Shown here: positions 1 through 8,719 of the stretch, one piece after another | Position numbering within the stretch: the first letter of the stretch is position 1 | Layout: every line of letters starts with the position of its first letter | DNA from: Promethearchaeota archaeon | GTDB taxonomy: Archaea; Asgardarchaeota; Lokiarchaeia; Sigyniarchaeales; SOKP01 | DNA length: 16,821 nucleotides | Direction: 5' to 3' | NCBI GenBank assembly: GCA_018238625.1 | Contig: JABCSY010000091.1 | Coordinates: forward strand, 1-16,821 | The notes under the pieces: generated by a model | The model's database searches: none | What the model was told of the DNA's origin: nothing | Seen by the model: the letters and a program-made list of their open reading frames with translations, nothing else | Position numbers and translations under genes: made by a program

Positions 1-652
1 CGGCTGCGACTTCTTTTACAGCTGTTCTGACGGCTCCACCAGCACCACAGCACATGAATTTTTCCTTATATTCAATACTAGTTGCCCCAGTGAGTTCAAC
101 TATCTCGTCAAGGAAGGTAGGATTCTCGTATTCGCCATCCCATGGACGCTTATCGCTAGGTTTAACGATGTGACATCCATAATGCACTGCAACTTTTAAA
201 TCCTTAAATTTGTGCTTAATAAATCCTCTGATGTATTCCTTCCCCATATCTAAGTATAAAGCTTGCATGACGTGTTTTGGCTCGAAATTTCCAGTATATT
301 GTTTCCCTATTTTAGCAAGGAGATTGTTTACGTGTTTTTTTTCTTCCTTGTCATGTTCTAAGTCCCACCAAGCGTCGCGTAGCGTACCGTAACACCCATT
401 ACACCCAGTCATAGTGCTAACACCCATCTCTTCAGCTATTGCTATATTACGCGCCGCAATAACGAGCCAAGTAGGAATATGAAAACTCCTAAATACTCCC
501 GGGGCGGGGCAGCACGACGCTCCAAGCATATCTAGTAATTCTGCACCTAGCTCCTCGAAAACATCGCGTATGCTACGCTCTATCATTGGATATCTATTTG
601 GAATAACACATCCTAAAAAAAAAGCGTATCTCCAATCTTTTTGGTCGCTCAC
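1..652 (-). CDS. hdrB: Heterodisulfide reductase subunit B (CCG-domain Fe-S protein), 3' end outside the window
   Basis: Not in the ORF track; translated by hand from GTG at 652: MSDQKDWRYAFFLGCVIPNRYPMIE...ASCCPAPGVFRS...AARNIAIAEE...TGCNGCYGTL...VAVHYGCHIVKP...KFMCCGAGGAVR. These are the CCG motifs typical of HdrB. The start lies 1 nt after the hdrC stop and the frame stays open to the window edge. Confidence 0.95.
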   Translation of the reverse strand, partial: MSDQKDWRYAFFLGCVIPNRYPMIERSIRDVFEELGAELLDMLGASCCPAPGVFRSFHIPTWLVIAARNIAIAEEMGVSTMTGCNGCYGTLRDAWWDLEHDKEEKKHVNNLLAKIGKQYTGNFEPKHVMQALYLDMGKEYIRGFIKHKFKDLKVAVHYGCHIVKPSDKRPWDGEYENPTFLDEIVELTGATSIEYKEKFMCCGAGGAVRTAVKEVAA

Positions 653-653
653 T

Positions 654-1265
654 TTAATTACCCTCCTTTTCATTTTCTTTTTCTTCTTCTAGCTTTCTTT
701 TATCCTTTAATTTTTTCGCGTTATCCAGTAAATCTCTGAAACCTACTTCTTTCATTAAAGTTTGACATTCTTTCACGGCTTCTGGATAGGAATGAACTGT
801 CGGAGGTAGTGGTGGTAATCCATAAGATTCGCGTAAATCCCTCCACTTTTTGTTGTTTTCACCATTAGCCGGTACTCCATGACCTGTTTCATAAAAAATA
901 TCGCTAGCCAAACCAAAGTGAGAGTCTAAAATATAGCCCTCTTCAACAGCAATGTTTCTAAGTTTTATAATCATATCAGTTACAGGTATGTCTCGTGGGC
1001 ATCGCTCATAACAGTAATAACAAGTACTACAAAGCCAGATGTCAATATCACTTAATACCGACTCATCTCCCGTTAACGCGCGTCTGAGCACAGAACGTGT
1101 TCGAAAAGCAGTTCTTCTACCAGAAGGACAACTACCGCTACAAGTTCCACAGTTAATACAGGCTCTAAGCTTCTCCAAACCAGCATCAACAAACTTTTGA
1201 GAAATCTTAGAGCTCGTGCCTTTATAAACCTTGCGCTTGATATATTTTTCTATATTTTCGCTCAT
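654..1265 (-). CDS. hdrC: Heterodisulfide reductase subunit C (2x[4Fe-4S])
   Basis: Two CxxCxxCxxxCP motifs (CINCGTCSGSCP and WLCSTCYYCYERCPR), the HdrC-like segments ETGHGVP and GLPPLPPTVH, and direct adjacency to hdrB. Confidence 0.95.
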   Translation of the reverse strand: MSENIEKYIKRKVYKGTSSKISQKFVDAGLEKLRACINCGTCSGSCPSGRRTAFRTRSVLRRALTGDESVLSDIDIWLCSTCYYCYERCPRDIPVTDMIIKLRNIAVEEGYILDSHFGLASDIFYETGHGVPANGENNKKWRDLRESYGLPPLPPTVHSYPEAVKECQTLMKEVGFRDLLDNAKKLKDKRKLEEEKENEKEGN

Positions 1266-1340
1266 TATAAATACAAGTCTCTTTTATAGTTTTAAAATTG
1301 ATAAGTAATTGCGTAAAAAAGTACAGATTTTTCTTTTTTG

Positions 1341-1358
1341 ATTGTTTGATCAAACAAT
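1341..1358. promoter_or_regulatory. Perfect 18-bp palindrome ATTGTTTGATCAAACAAT, candidate operator of hdrCB
   Basis: Exact inverted repeat about 75 nt upstream of the hdrC start. On the minus strand it lies just downstream of a TATA-like TTATAAAT (1363-1370). Confidence 0.6.
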
Positions 1359-1665
1359 TTTAATTTATAATATTAAGAAGTGAAAAGAACTTTTTAATAA
1401 AAAATTTGTTATTGAATTTGGTAGTTAAAATGAGAGTAATAATTAATTGCAATGCCTATATGTTTTTTAAGTGGAATAATTCGCAAGAAAATTATGTTAA
1501 TTCGATAAAATGTGCCTTTTTTTGTTTAACTTAAAAAAAAAACATAGATTTTTTCTGCGAAAACCTACTAAACGATTTCGACAGAATTGTAAAAACATTT
1601 AAAAAATAAAACTTATTATATAAAATTTAGAGCGAATATGTTATTTTTTAAAGAGAGGTCGAATT

Positions 1666-1944
1666 TTGAAAAACGAACCAATTGCAGGTAACAAAGATCT
1701 TAAGCAATCAACAGCAAACGGAATTAGCGACGGTTCTGAAAAGATTACTAGAATTATTGAAGTAAGTAAGATCATGAATATTATGGAAAAGTCCGAAGAA
1801 GAAAAAGAAAAAATCATTATTATTCTCAGAGAAGAGATAAATTTAATAAAACAAATAAATCAAAAAATTATCGAAGAAAAAGATAAAACGATAGAACAGC
1901 TAAAAAAAAGACTAAAAAAGGAAACGAACTTCGCATTCTTATGA
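1666..1944 (+). CDS. Small hypothetical coiled-coil protein
   Basis: 92-aa ORF with a TTG start preceded by SD-like GAGGT. The C-terminal half is E/K/I-rich and heptad-like. It fills the space converging on the TPR gene (3-nt gap). Confidence 0.55.
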   Translation: MKNEPIAGNKDLKQSTANGISDGSEKITRIIEVSKIMNIMEKSEEEKEKIIIILREEINLIKQINQKIIEEKDKTIEQLKKRLKKETNFAFL

Positions 1945-1947
1945 TTT

Positions 1948-2427
1948 TTATTGGGTTTTATCTTCTGTTAAACCGCTTAAGAGTTTTTCAGCTTCAATAT
2001 TTGTAGGGTCAAATTTAAGGATTTCAGCAAAACAATGCATTGCTTTCTTAAAATCACCTAACGACTCGAATAATCGCCCTAAATTAAACCAAGTAGCGCT
2101 ATCCTGCGAGTCTATTTTAATGGCTTCTTCATAGCTCAAAATCGCATCTTGAGATTTTTCTAATTTTTCATATGCTACTCCTAAATTATACCACGCCCAA
2201 TTATCCAAAGGATCGATACTCACTGCTTTTTCGCAGCATTCTCGTTCTTTGTCGAAATTTTCTAACTTTTCGTAAGCAACTCCCATGTTACTCCAGGAAA
2301 CGCTACTTAACGGGTTAATCTTTACTGCTTTTTCAAAGCACTCTATTGCCTTTAGGTAATCTTCTGCTTTAAAATATTTCATTCCTAATTCGGACCAATA
2401 CAAGGCATTTTTTTTGTCTTTTGTCAA
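1948..2427 (-). CDS. Tetratricopeptide repeat protein (about 4 TPRs)
   Basis: Repeated 34-aa units with TPR consensus (W..LG..Y...A...Y/F..A..I.P), e.g. WSNMGVAYEKL, WYNLGVAYEKL, WFNLGRLFESL. Confidence 0.93.
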   Translation of the reverse strand: MTKDKKNALYWSELGMKYFKAEDYLKAIECFEKAVKINPLSSVSWSNMGVAYEKLENFDKERECCEKAVSIDPLDNWAWYNLGVAYEKLEKSQDAILSYEEAIKIDSQDSATWFNLGRLFESLGDFKKAMHCFAEILKFDPTNIEAEKLLSGLTEDKTQ

Positions 2428-2439
2428 TTAATTTCAGCT

Positions 2440-2655
2440 TTATTTTTTCTTAGATAATTCGTTCAAGTAATCTTTCTGTTTTTCTTCAGGTAAGAAAACT
2501 AATTCTTTTTTAACTTCTTTTAATTCGTCTTTTGATAGGTTTAAATCCATCAGTTGTTCTCTGACATCTTTAGACATTACAGTGAATATCTTTTGGAAAT
2601 ATTTTTTTACTACATCTAATTTTTCAAATCCCCTTTCTTTACTATTGTTACTCAT
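2440..2655 (-). CDS. Small helical hypothetical protein
   Basis: The ORF track starts at GTG 2664, but ATG at 2655 has an AGGTGG SD-like motif about 5 nt upstream and is the likelier start. The sequence is charged and helical and ends 12 nt before the co-oriented TPR gene. Confidence 0.65.
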   Translation of the reverse strand: MSNNSKERGFEKLDVVKKYFQKIFTVMSKDVREQLMDLNLSKDELKEVKKELVFLPEEKQKDYLNELSKKK

Positions 2656-2768
2656 GAGTTCCACCTATAGTTTTTTGATAAAAACAATATTTTGTTTTTC
2701 TCAATTCTATTTAGTAAAGTAAGAAAGTGGCTGTTAATAAAAAATATGGAGTCCAAATTTTTCAAAAA

Positions 2769-5639
2769 TTATTTTTTTTCAATTGGTAAAGTAAAGAAAA
2801 AAGTACTTCCTTTGTTTCGGCCTTCAGATTCGACCCATATCTTCCCATCGTGAAGGGCAATTAATTCTTTCGAAATGTACAAACCTAGCCCCGTCCCTTC
2901 GATGCCTACGTCCCATCCCTGGCCGTATCTTTCAATCTTACCAAACTGCGTAAAAAGTTGCGATATTTCTTTTTTAGTTAGTCCAATGCCGGTGTCCTTT
3001 ATCGAAATTACATAGTGATTGTTTTTTTGATGAGAATCAATTGTAATTGTACCACCTATAGGTGTATACTTGATTGCATTTATCAATAAATTGGTGATAA
3101 CTTCGTAAATTTTCTCTTTATCAAAATTCGTATATATATTGTTCTTTATATTTAGTTTAACCTTCTGCTCTCTTAATTGAGCCATACCTTGTAGTTGTTT
3201 AATACAATATTTGATTAAAAATGTAAGGTTCTCTCGTTTCTTTTTTAATTTCAACAACCCTTGATCTAATTGAGAACTATCGACAAGTGCGTTAATGTAA
3301 TCCTCAAGACGCTTACTACCGCTCTTGATCTCTTCTAAAATCGAAATAACATCGCTATCCAACTTTTTTGAGTGTAGTTTTAACAATAATTCAGTGAATC
3401 CTTTAATTGAAATTAAAGGGGTTTTGAGCTCATGAGATGTTCTACTGAACAAATCGCTTTTTAATTTGTTTATTTCGCTTAACATTCGGTTCTGTTCCTC
3501 CAAATGCTGTTGAGATTCCCACCGCCTTTGTTCTATTTCGAGAGCATCGCATATTAAGAATAATACTAATTTGTTTTGGTTAGTAATAGTTGGATTTTGT
3601 TGAAACAAAACGCAGAGTAAACTATTTAAGTCGTTTCCAGATAATATTAATTTACCATAACAAGCTTTGATACCGCTTTCAACTATATAACGATCAGATT
3701 TGGCATACTTCGTTTTATGAATGTCAAAGAATTCCTGAGTAAAGTCGTGATTTTCTTTAAATAACTCGCTTATGAATAAATCTTTCGTAAATTCTTCCGA
3801 AGTATAATTAGTGATTTCCCCCTTACTACTCATTACTCTATATTGCTCTTCTTCTTCATGATCGCTTTTAGTGATATATAGTACAATGTTTCCACTAAGT
3901 AATTTTAAGCAAGTTTTTAGCAATAATTCAATATTTTGCTGAATGTCCGTTGTGTAGTTTAAAAAATTAATATTTAACTCATAAATCAATTCTTCGTACA
4001 TTTTTTTTTCAGTGACGTCTTCTAACCATAGTCTAAAACTAATTAGATTATCTTTATCGTCGTATTGATTTAATCTTTTTCCTTGTAACCATTTTATTTT
4101 TCCTTTATTAGTCACAATTCTAAATTCGATATCCTTTCCCTCTTCTGAATTTAACAACTTTAGCAGATCGTCTGGATGAATTATTTCATCCATTAATTTT
4201 TTGTTGACATAGTCAACATCTTTATCTTGATACCCAATAAATTCTAATAATTTTGGATTAATGTAAGAAACGCTATTGTTTTCCAATTCTATTTCTAAAA
4301 TACCAATTGTTGATGTCTCTAATAAATCCTTATATTTTTCTTCTGAATCTTTAATCATTTTTTCAGCTAGTTCTTTTTCAGTAATATCCTCTACTGTAAA
4401 AATGATATTCTCAATTTCTCCGTTGTTCTTTAACAAAGGCGTTCCATTGATAGAAAGTAGAATATTTGTATTCGTAGATACCTTAAAAGTTGCATGAAAA
4501 TCAAATATTGGTTTTTTCGTTTTCATAATAATCTGAAAAGGGAGCTCATTCTTAGGAATATCTTTGCCTTCTGAGTCTAAAAATTTAAATTTATTAGTTA
4601 TAAATGTTTTTTTTAATAATTCTTCTTTAGGATAGTGTAAAACTTTTTCAGCTTGGGAATTGACATATGTAATATGGCCGCTCGTATCAACAGATAAGAT
4701 CCCTGCGGGATTAGTCTCCATGATCCGTTCTAATCTCTCATGTTGTTTACGCAAATTCTCTTCAGCGTTCTTCCGTTCGGTAATATCTTCAAAGGTAATC
4801 AAAAGTCCTGCAACTTTTCCATCAGAATTTAACAAAGGAATTCTATTTACATCTATCCAAATCTTATCTCCGTTTCTGAGGGTCCAAGATTCATTAGTAT
4901 GAAAAACAACTTTGTTAGATTCGATAACTTTCCTTTCTTGTTCTTTGTTAAATTGTATTTGATTCTTATCTAAAAGCAATTCTTCGTCAGTTTTACCTAT
5001 AATATTTTCGGGATGTTCAATCTCAATTAAATTGGCATAATTATCGTTACATCCGAGATAACTCAGATCAATATCCTTCCATATAATATATTGTGGAATA
5101 TTTTCTATGACCATCTGTAGCATTTCATAGCTGCTCTGTAAAGCTTCTTCATACTTTTTAGGATTAAATAATTTCCAAAAGCGTATTTCTGGGATAGTTT
5201 CTGTTATTTTTTTAAATCTATCTTCAGTTTCTCTTAAATTTCCTTCTATTTTTTTTTGTTTTGAAATATCTTTCAAAATAATTAAGATTTTCTCGTTTTT
5301 ATCCTCGTCGGTAAATTTTCTTGCTTTTATTTCCGCCCAAATTATTTCATCTTTCGTTGTAAATAGCATTATTTCTTGAAAATTACTAAAACTATCGATC
5401 TCCTTTTCTAAAAATTTTATCGTTTTTTTTTTATCTTCTGAAAATAGTATATTTAGGAAAGAATTTCCAACTAATTCGGTCTCAGCGTATCCTAATTTTT
5501 CCAATAATGGGCAATTGTTAATTAGCTCAATTTTGAAATCTTCTGTTTGATCTATAATCATCACCAAATCGGTAACAATTTCCATAAAAATTTGAAATTG
5601 AGTCTTAACATTTTCGCGCTTGTTATCGTCGGAAATCAA
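2769..5639 (-). CDS. Soluble multi-PAS sensor histidine kinase (4 PAS/PAC, GAF-like region, HisKA, HATPase_c)
   Basis: PAS ends DIS/DITERK/DITEK/DVTEK; H-box SRTSHELKTPL; N-box NLLINAIKY; G1 DTGIG; G2 GTGLGL. No transmembrane stretch. TTG start preceded by GAGG motifs. Confidence 0.95.
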   Translation of the reverse strand: MISDDNKRENVKTQFQIFMEIVTDLVMIIDQTEDFKIELINNCPLLEKLGYAETELVGNSFLNILFSEDKKKTIKFLEKEIDSFSNFQEIMLFTTKDEIIWAEIKARKFTDEDKNEKILIILKDISKQKKIEGNLRETEDRFKKITETIPEIRFWKLFNPKKYEEALQSSYEMLQMVIENIPQYIIWKDIDLSYLGCNDNYANLIEIEHPENIIGKTDEELLLDKNQIQFNKEQERKVIESNKVVFHTNESWTLRNGDKIWIDVNRIPLLNSDGKVAGLLITFEDITERKNAEENLRKQHERLERIMETNPAGILSVDTSGHITYVNSQAEKVLHYPKEELLKKTFITNKFKFLDSEGKDIPKNELPFQIIMKTKKPIFDFHATFKVSTNTNILLSINGTPLLKNNGEIENIIFTVEDITEKELAEKMIKDSEEKYKDLLETSTIGILEIELENNSVSYINPKLLEFIGYQDKDVDYVNKKLMDEIIHPDDLLKLLNSEEGKDIEFRIVTNKGKIKWLQGKRLNQYDDKDNLISFRLWLEDVTEKKMYEELIYELNINFLNYTTDIQQNIELLLKTCLKLLSGNIVLYITKSDHEEEEQYRVMSSKGEITNYTSEEFTKDLFISELFKENHDFTQEFFDIHKTKYAKSDRYIVESGIKACYGKLILSGNDLNSLLCVLFQQNPTITNQNKLVLFLICDALEIEQRRWESQQHLEEQNRMLSEINKLKSDLFSRTSHELKTPLISIKGFTELLLKLHSKKLDSDVISILEEIKSGSKRLEDYINALVDSSQLDQGLLKLKKKRENLTFLIKYCIKQLQGMAQLREQKVKLNIKNNIYTNFDKEKIYEVITNLLINAIKYTPIGGTITIDSHQKNNHYVISIKDTGIGLTKKEISQLFTQFGKIERYGQGWDVGIEGTGLGLYISKELIALHDGKIWVESEGRNKGSTFFFTLPIEKK

Positions 5640-5835
5640 TCTTATTCCTCTACCTCTAAGAACAAAACTTTTTAAAATCTCTAAATTTAGTGATTACTCT
5701 TCAAATACTGAAGTGAAGATTCTTTTATTTATATATTAGTATAATTATTGGTTTTTTTCGTAATGGTTACACAAACAATTAAGATAATTTTATTTTTAAT
5801 ATTAGAGAGTAGAAAAGATTATGAGTTTTGATAGT

Positions 5836-7698
5836 TCAATAACTATTAGCCCAACCAATATCGAGTTCATCCAATTTTATTTTTGAAGGAACGCCATTTT
5901 TGTCCCAGCCCATCATTTCGTAGTAGATGTTTTTGGCTTCACTGAATTTTTCTAAATCGATAGATGTTTCAGCTAGAGCTCCTGAAGTGTGAGGTTGGAA
6001 AAATCTATCTGGTAAACGATCGTCATCACTCGAAAATCCTTCTCTTAAGTTAAATATTCGGGTCATATTCATTATACGCTCGCCTACCTTCATCAATTCG
6101 AAAGTTGAGGTATTCCAACCAGTAACTGCTCTAACTATTTCTGTTTGCTCAAATGAATTCCACGGCACAAAATAGCACATTACGAGAGCATTGCCTAAAG
6201 CACCCCAATTCATCTGATATATTAAGGCTCGAACCTTTTGTGCGCTCAAATCGTCAAGTTGGAGTGGTGTTAATATTCCAAATGTATTAAAATTAGCTAT
6301 CGAGCCTTCACTTGCAATAACTGTATCGTGGAGATTGTGCATGTGTTCTGCTCCTGTAGGTGAAATCGTGTATCCTAACCCCAATCCTTGTTTTAAGCGT
6401 GGTTCGTGCATCGGAAGCTCTTGTCCCTTCACATGAATGGCGAATTCTTGCGCTCCGTTTTGAATTTTTTCGGCGGCTCTTTTTACACCCTCAGCTAAAA
6501 TATCTCCTAAACCTTCTCGCTTAGCAATTTTTTCAATCATTTGAATCATGGCTTGGGAATTACCAAACTTTAAGATTATCCCTCCAGTATCGGATTCATT
6601 TAATATGTTATTTTCAAAGCACTCCATGGCAAAACTAATGCTCATACCAGTAGAGATCGTATCAATTGAGTACTTATTACAAAGTTCATTAGCCTTACAC
6701 ACAGCTTTTAAGTCATAAATTCCACAATTAGAGCCGAAAGCGGCAAGTGTCTCGTATTCTGGGCCACCATATATTGGATCTACGACCCACGGTTCTTTAA
6801 TTTGTACCACCTTTTTGCATTTAATTGGACACGCAAAACAAGTTTCCATTTTTAGATTAATTTCTTCTTTGTTAATTTTAGGGTCTAGAGTCTTTGCCCT
6901 ATTAGTCCCCCCTGCTTTAAAATTTCGAGTTGGAAGGTTCCCTATAGTGGCAAACATTTCCATTACACCTCCACCAGTTCCATACGAGTAATATTCTTTA
7001 TAATTTTTCAAGTAGTTATTACTAAAAGAATCCCTTAATTCTCTTAACTTTTCCTTGTTAGCCACTTTAGGTCTCTTATTACCCCTCACAACTACGGCTT
7101 TAAGGTTTTTAGAACCCATGACGGCTCCCATACCCGTTCGACCCGCAGCGCTACGAAGATCGTTTATCACACAAGCGTATCGCACCAAATTCTCGCCTCC
7201 CGGGCCAATCTGACTTATATGCACAAATTTATCGTCTAATTCTTCAATTATTGTTTTTTGAGCTTCACCGGTTGTTTTCCCCCAGATATGGCTAGCGTCT
7301 CTTATCTCTACATTTCCATTTTTTATCCAAATAAAAATTGGGTTTTTTGCTTTTCCCTCAATGATTATTGCGTCGAAACCAGCTCTTTTTAACTCCGCCC
7401 CCCAATATCCCCCTACTTCAGCTTCGCCAAATCCATTTGTTAAGGGTGATTTTGCACCGACGCTATTTCTCCCCGCTCCCGCAATAGATACGCCCGTTAT
7501 AGGTCCTGTAGCAAAAACTAACTTGTTTTCGGGACCAAGAGGATCTATGTTAGGCTTTAATTCTTTTAGAAGATAATACGCAACAAAACCCTCTCCACCA
7601 ATATATTTCCTATAGAATATCTCTTCGGGATGTTCTACACTAATCTTATCATTTGACAAATTAATCCTTAAAATTTTGCCACTATATCCATATTCCAT
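5836..7698 (-). CDS. aor: Tungsten-containing aldehyde:ferredoxin oxidoreductase family protein
   Basis: Family motifs GYSGKILRINLS, AKSPLT, IGPGGENLV, AAGRTGMGAVMGSKNLKA, CFACPIKC (Fe-S ligands), GPEYET, DTIS, HVKGQELPMHEPR, YYEMMGWD; 620 aa. Confidence 0.95.
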   Translation of the reverse strand: MEYGYSGKILRINLSNDKISVEHPEEIFYRKYIGGEGFVAYYLLKELKPNIDPLGPENKLVFATGPITGVSIAGAGRNSVGAKSPLTNGFGEAEVGGYWGAELKRAGFDAIIIEGKAKNPIFIWIKNGNVEIRDASHIWGKTTGEAQKTIIEELDDKFVHISQIGPGGENLVRYACVINDLRSAAGRTGMGAVMGSKNLKAVVVRGNKRPKVANKEKLRELRDSFSNNYLKNYKEYYSYGTGGGVMEMFATIGNLPTRNFKAGGTNRAKTLDPKINKEEINLKMETCFACPIKCKKVVQIKEPWVVDPIYGGPEYETLAAFGSNCGIYDLKAVCKANELCNKYSIDTISTGMSISFAMECFENNILNESDTGGIILKFGNSQAMIQMIEKIAKREGLGDILAEGVKRAAEKIQNGAQEFAIHVKGQELPMHEPRLKQGLGLGYTISPTGAEHMHNLHDTVIASEGSIANFNTFGILTPLQLDDLSAQKVRALIYQMNWGALGNALVMCYFVPWNSFEQTEIVRAVTGWNTSTFELMKVGERIMNMTRIFNLREGFSSDDDRLPDRFFQPHTSGALAETSIDLEKFSEAKNIYYEMMGWDKNGVPSKIKLDELDIGWANSY

Positions 7699-7832
7699 CT
7701 TTAAACCTCTATATAATAAAATTTTGATTATTCTAAAAATTTATTATTCATAATCATAAATTATTTGATAAAACAGATTTTTTTGTTAAGTATGAATAAA
7801 TAAATTTCCAAAAAAATGAGAGAGATTATTTA

Positions 7833-8678
7833 ATGGAAACGGATGATTTTCTTAGATGTTTATCTTGTGGCAAAAAGTTGAGTTTAAAATCAATGAATGG
7901 AAGGACTCTATGCACAGATTGTTTGTTAAAATTAGAATTTAAAACGGATGATTTGGATTACAGCGAAATTAACAAGTACCTTCCAAATATTCTAAATTTC
8001 TTTGTTTCAGATGTGAATGCTGCGTTTAATAAAGATCCCGCTGCACGCACCTTAATTGAAGTGTTAACAAGTTATCCTGGGATTAAGGCCGTGTTATTAT
8101 ATCGTATAGCGCATTTTTTTTGGAAATTAAGACTACCATACATACCTAGATATATTTCCGGTATTGCACGAGATCTAACGGCAGTAGAAATTCACCCAGG
8201 TGCAGAAATTGGGTGTGAATTCTTTATAGACCACGGAGCAGGGGTAGTTATAGGGGAAACCGCTGAGATTGGAGACAACGTAACGATTTACGCAGGCGTA
8301 GTTTTAGGGGGTACTAATTTAGAACAAAAAAAAAGGCATCCAACTTTAGGTAATAATGTTGTTGTTGGAACTGGCGCTAAGATTTTAGGACCTATTACTC
8401 TTGGAGATAACGTGAGAGTTGACGCGAATTCCGTAGTTGTTAACGATGTACCTTCAAATTGCGTAGTCGTAGGGGTTCCTGCGAAAATAGTATCGAAAAA
8501 AGGAAAAAAAATCGAAAAAATTGATTTGCGCCACGGTGAACTTCCCGACCCAATTTCAATCGCTATCTCGAGTTTAAATAAGAGAATCGAAGAATTAGAG
8601 AAACATTTTCCACATATTTCGGAAACAACAGAAGAAGATATCGAAATATTTTACGGAGAAAATGGTAGTGGAATATGA
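7833..8678 (+). CDS. cysE: Serine O-acetyltransferase with N-terminal zinc-ribbon-like extension
   Basis: DPAAR...YPG, EIHPGAEIG, FFIDHGAGVVIGETAEIGD and KRHPTLG with hexapeptide repeats; C-terminal Ile; immediately upstream of cysK. Confidence 0.95.
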   Translation: METDDFLRCLSCGKKLSLKSMNGRTLCTDCLLKLEFKTDDLDYSEINKYLPNILNFFVSDVNAAFNKDPAARTLIEVLTSYPGIKAVLLYRIAHFFWKLRLPYIPRYISGIARDLTAVEIHPGAEIGCEFFIDHGAGVVIGETAEIGDNVTIYAGVVLGGTNLEQKKRHPTLGNNVVVGTGAKILGPITLGDNVRVDANSVVVNDVPSNCVVVGVPAKIVSKKGKKIEKIDLRHGELPDPISIAISSLNKRIEELEKHFPHISETTEEDIEIFYGENGSGI

Positions 8679-8719
8679 AGTAGATTATTTTTAATGATTG
8701 ATGGTTTTAAAATAAAAAG

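Noticed and set aside
210-392. 60-aa plus-strand ORF
   Set aside because: Antisense shadow of hdrB, which has strong family motifs on the minus strand.
614-623. A9 homopolymer near the hdrB start as a possible frameshift site
   Set aside because: The frame reads through intact (YAFFLGC), and homopolymers are common across this window.
4276-4902. Plus-strand ORFs 4276-4497 and 4660-4902
   Set aside because: Fully antisense to the PAS kinase, with Ser/Phe/Ile-rich composition typical of shadow ORFs.
5699-5713. Short inverted repeat CTTCA-N5-TGAAG upstream of the PAS kinase
   Set aside because: Arms of 5 bp are too short to distinguish from chance.
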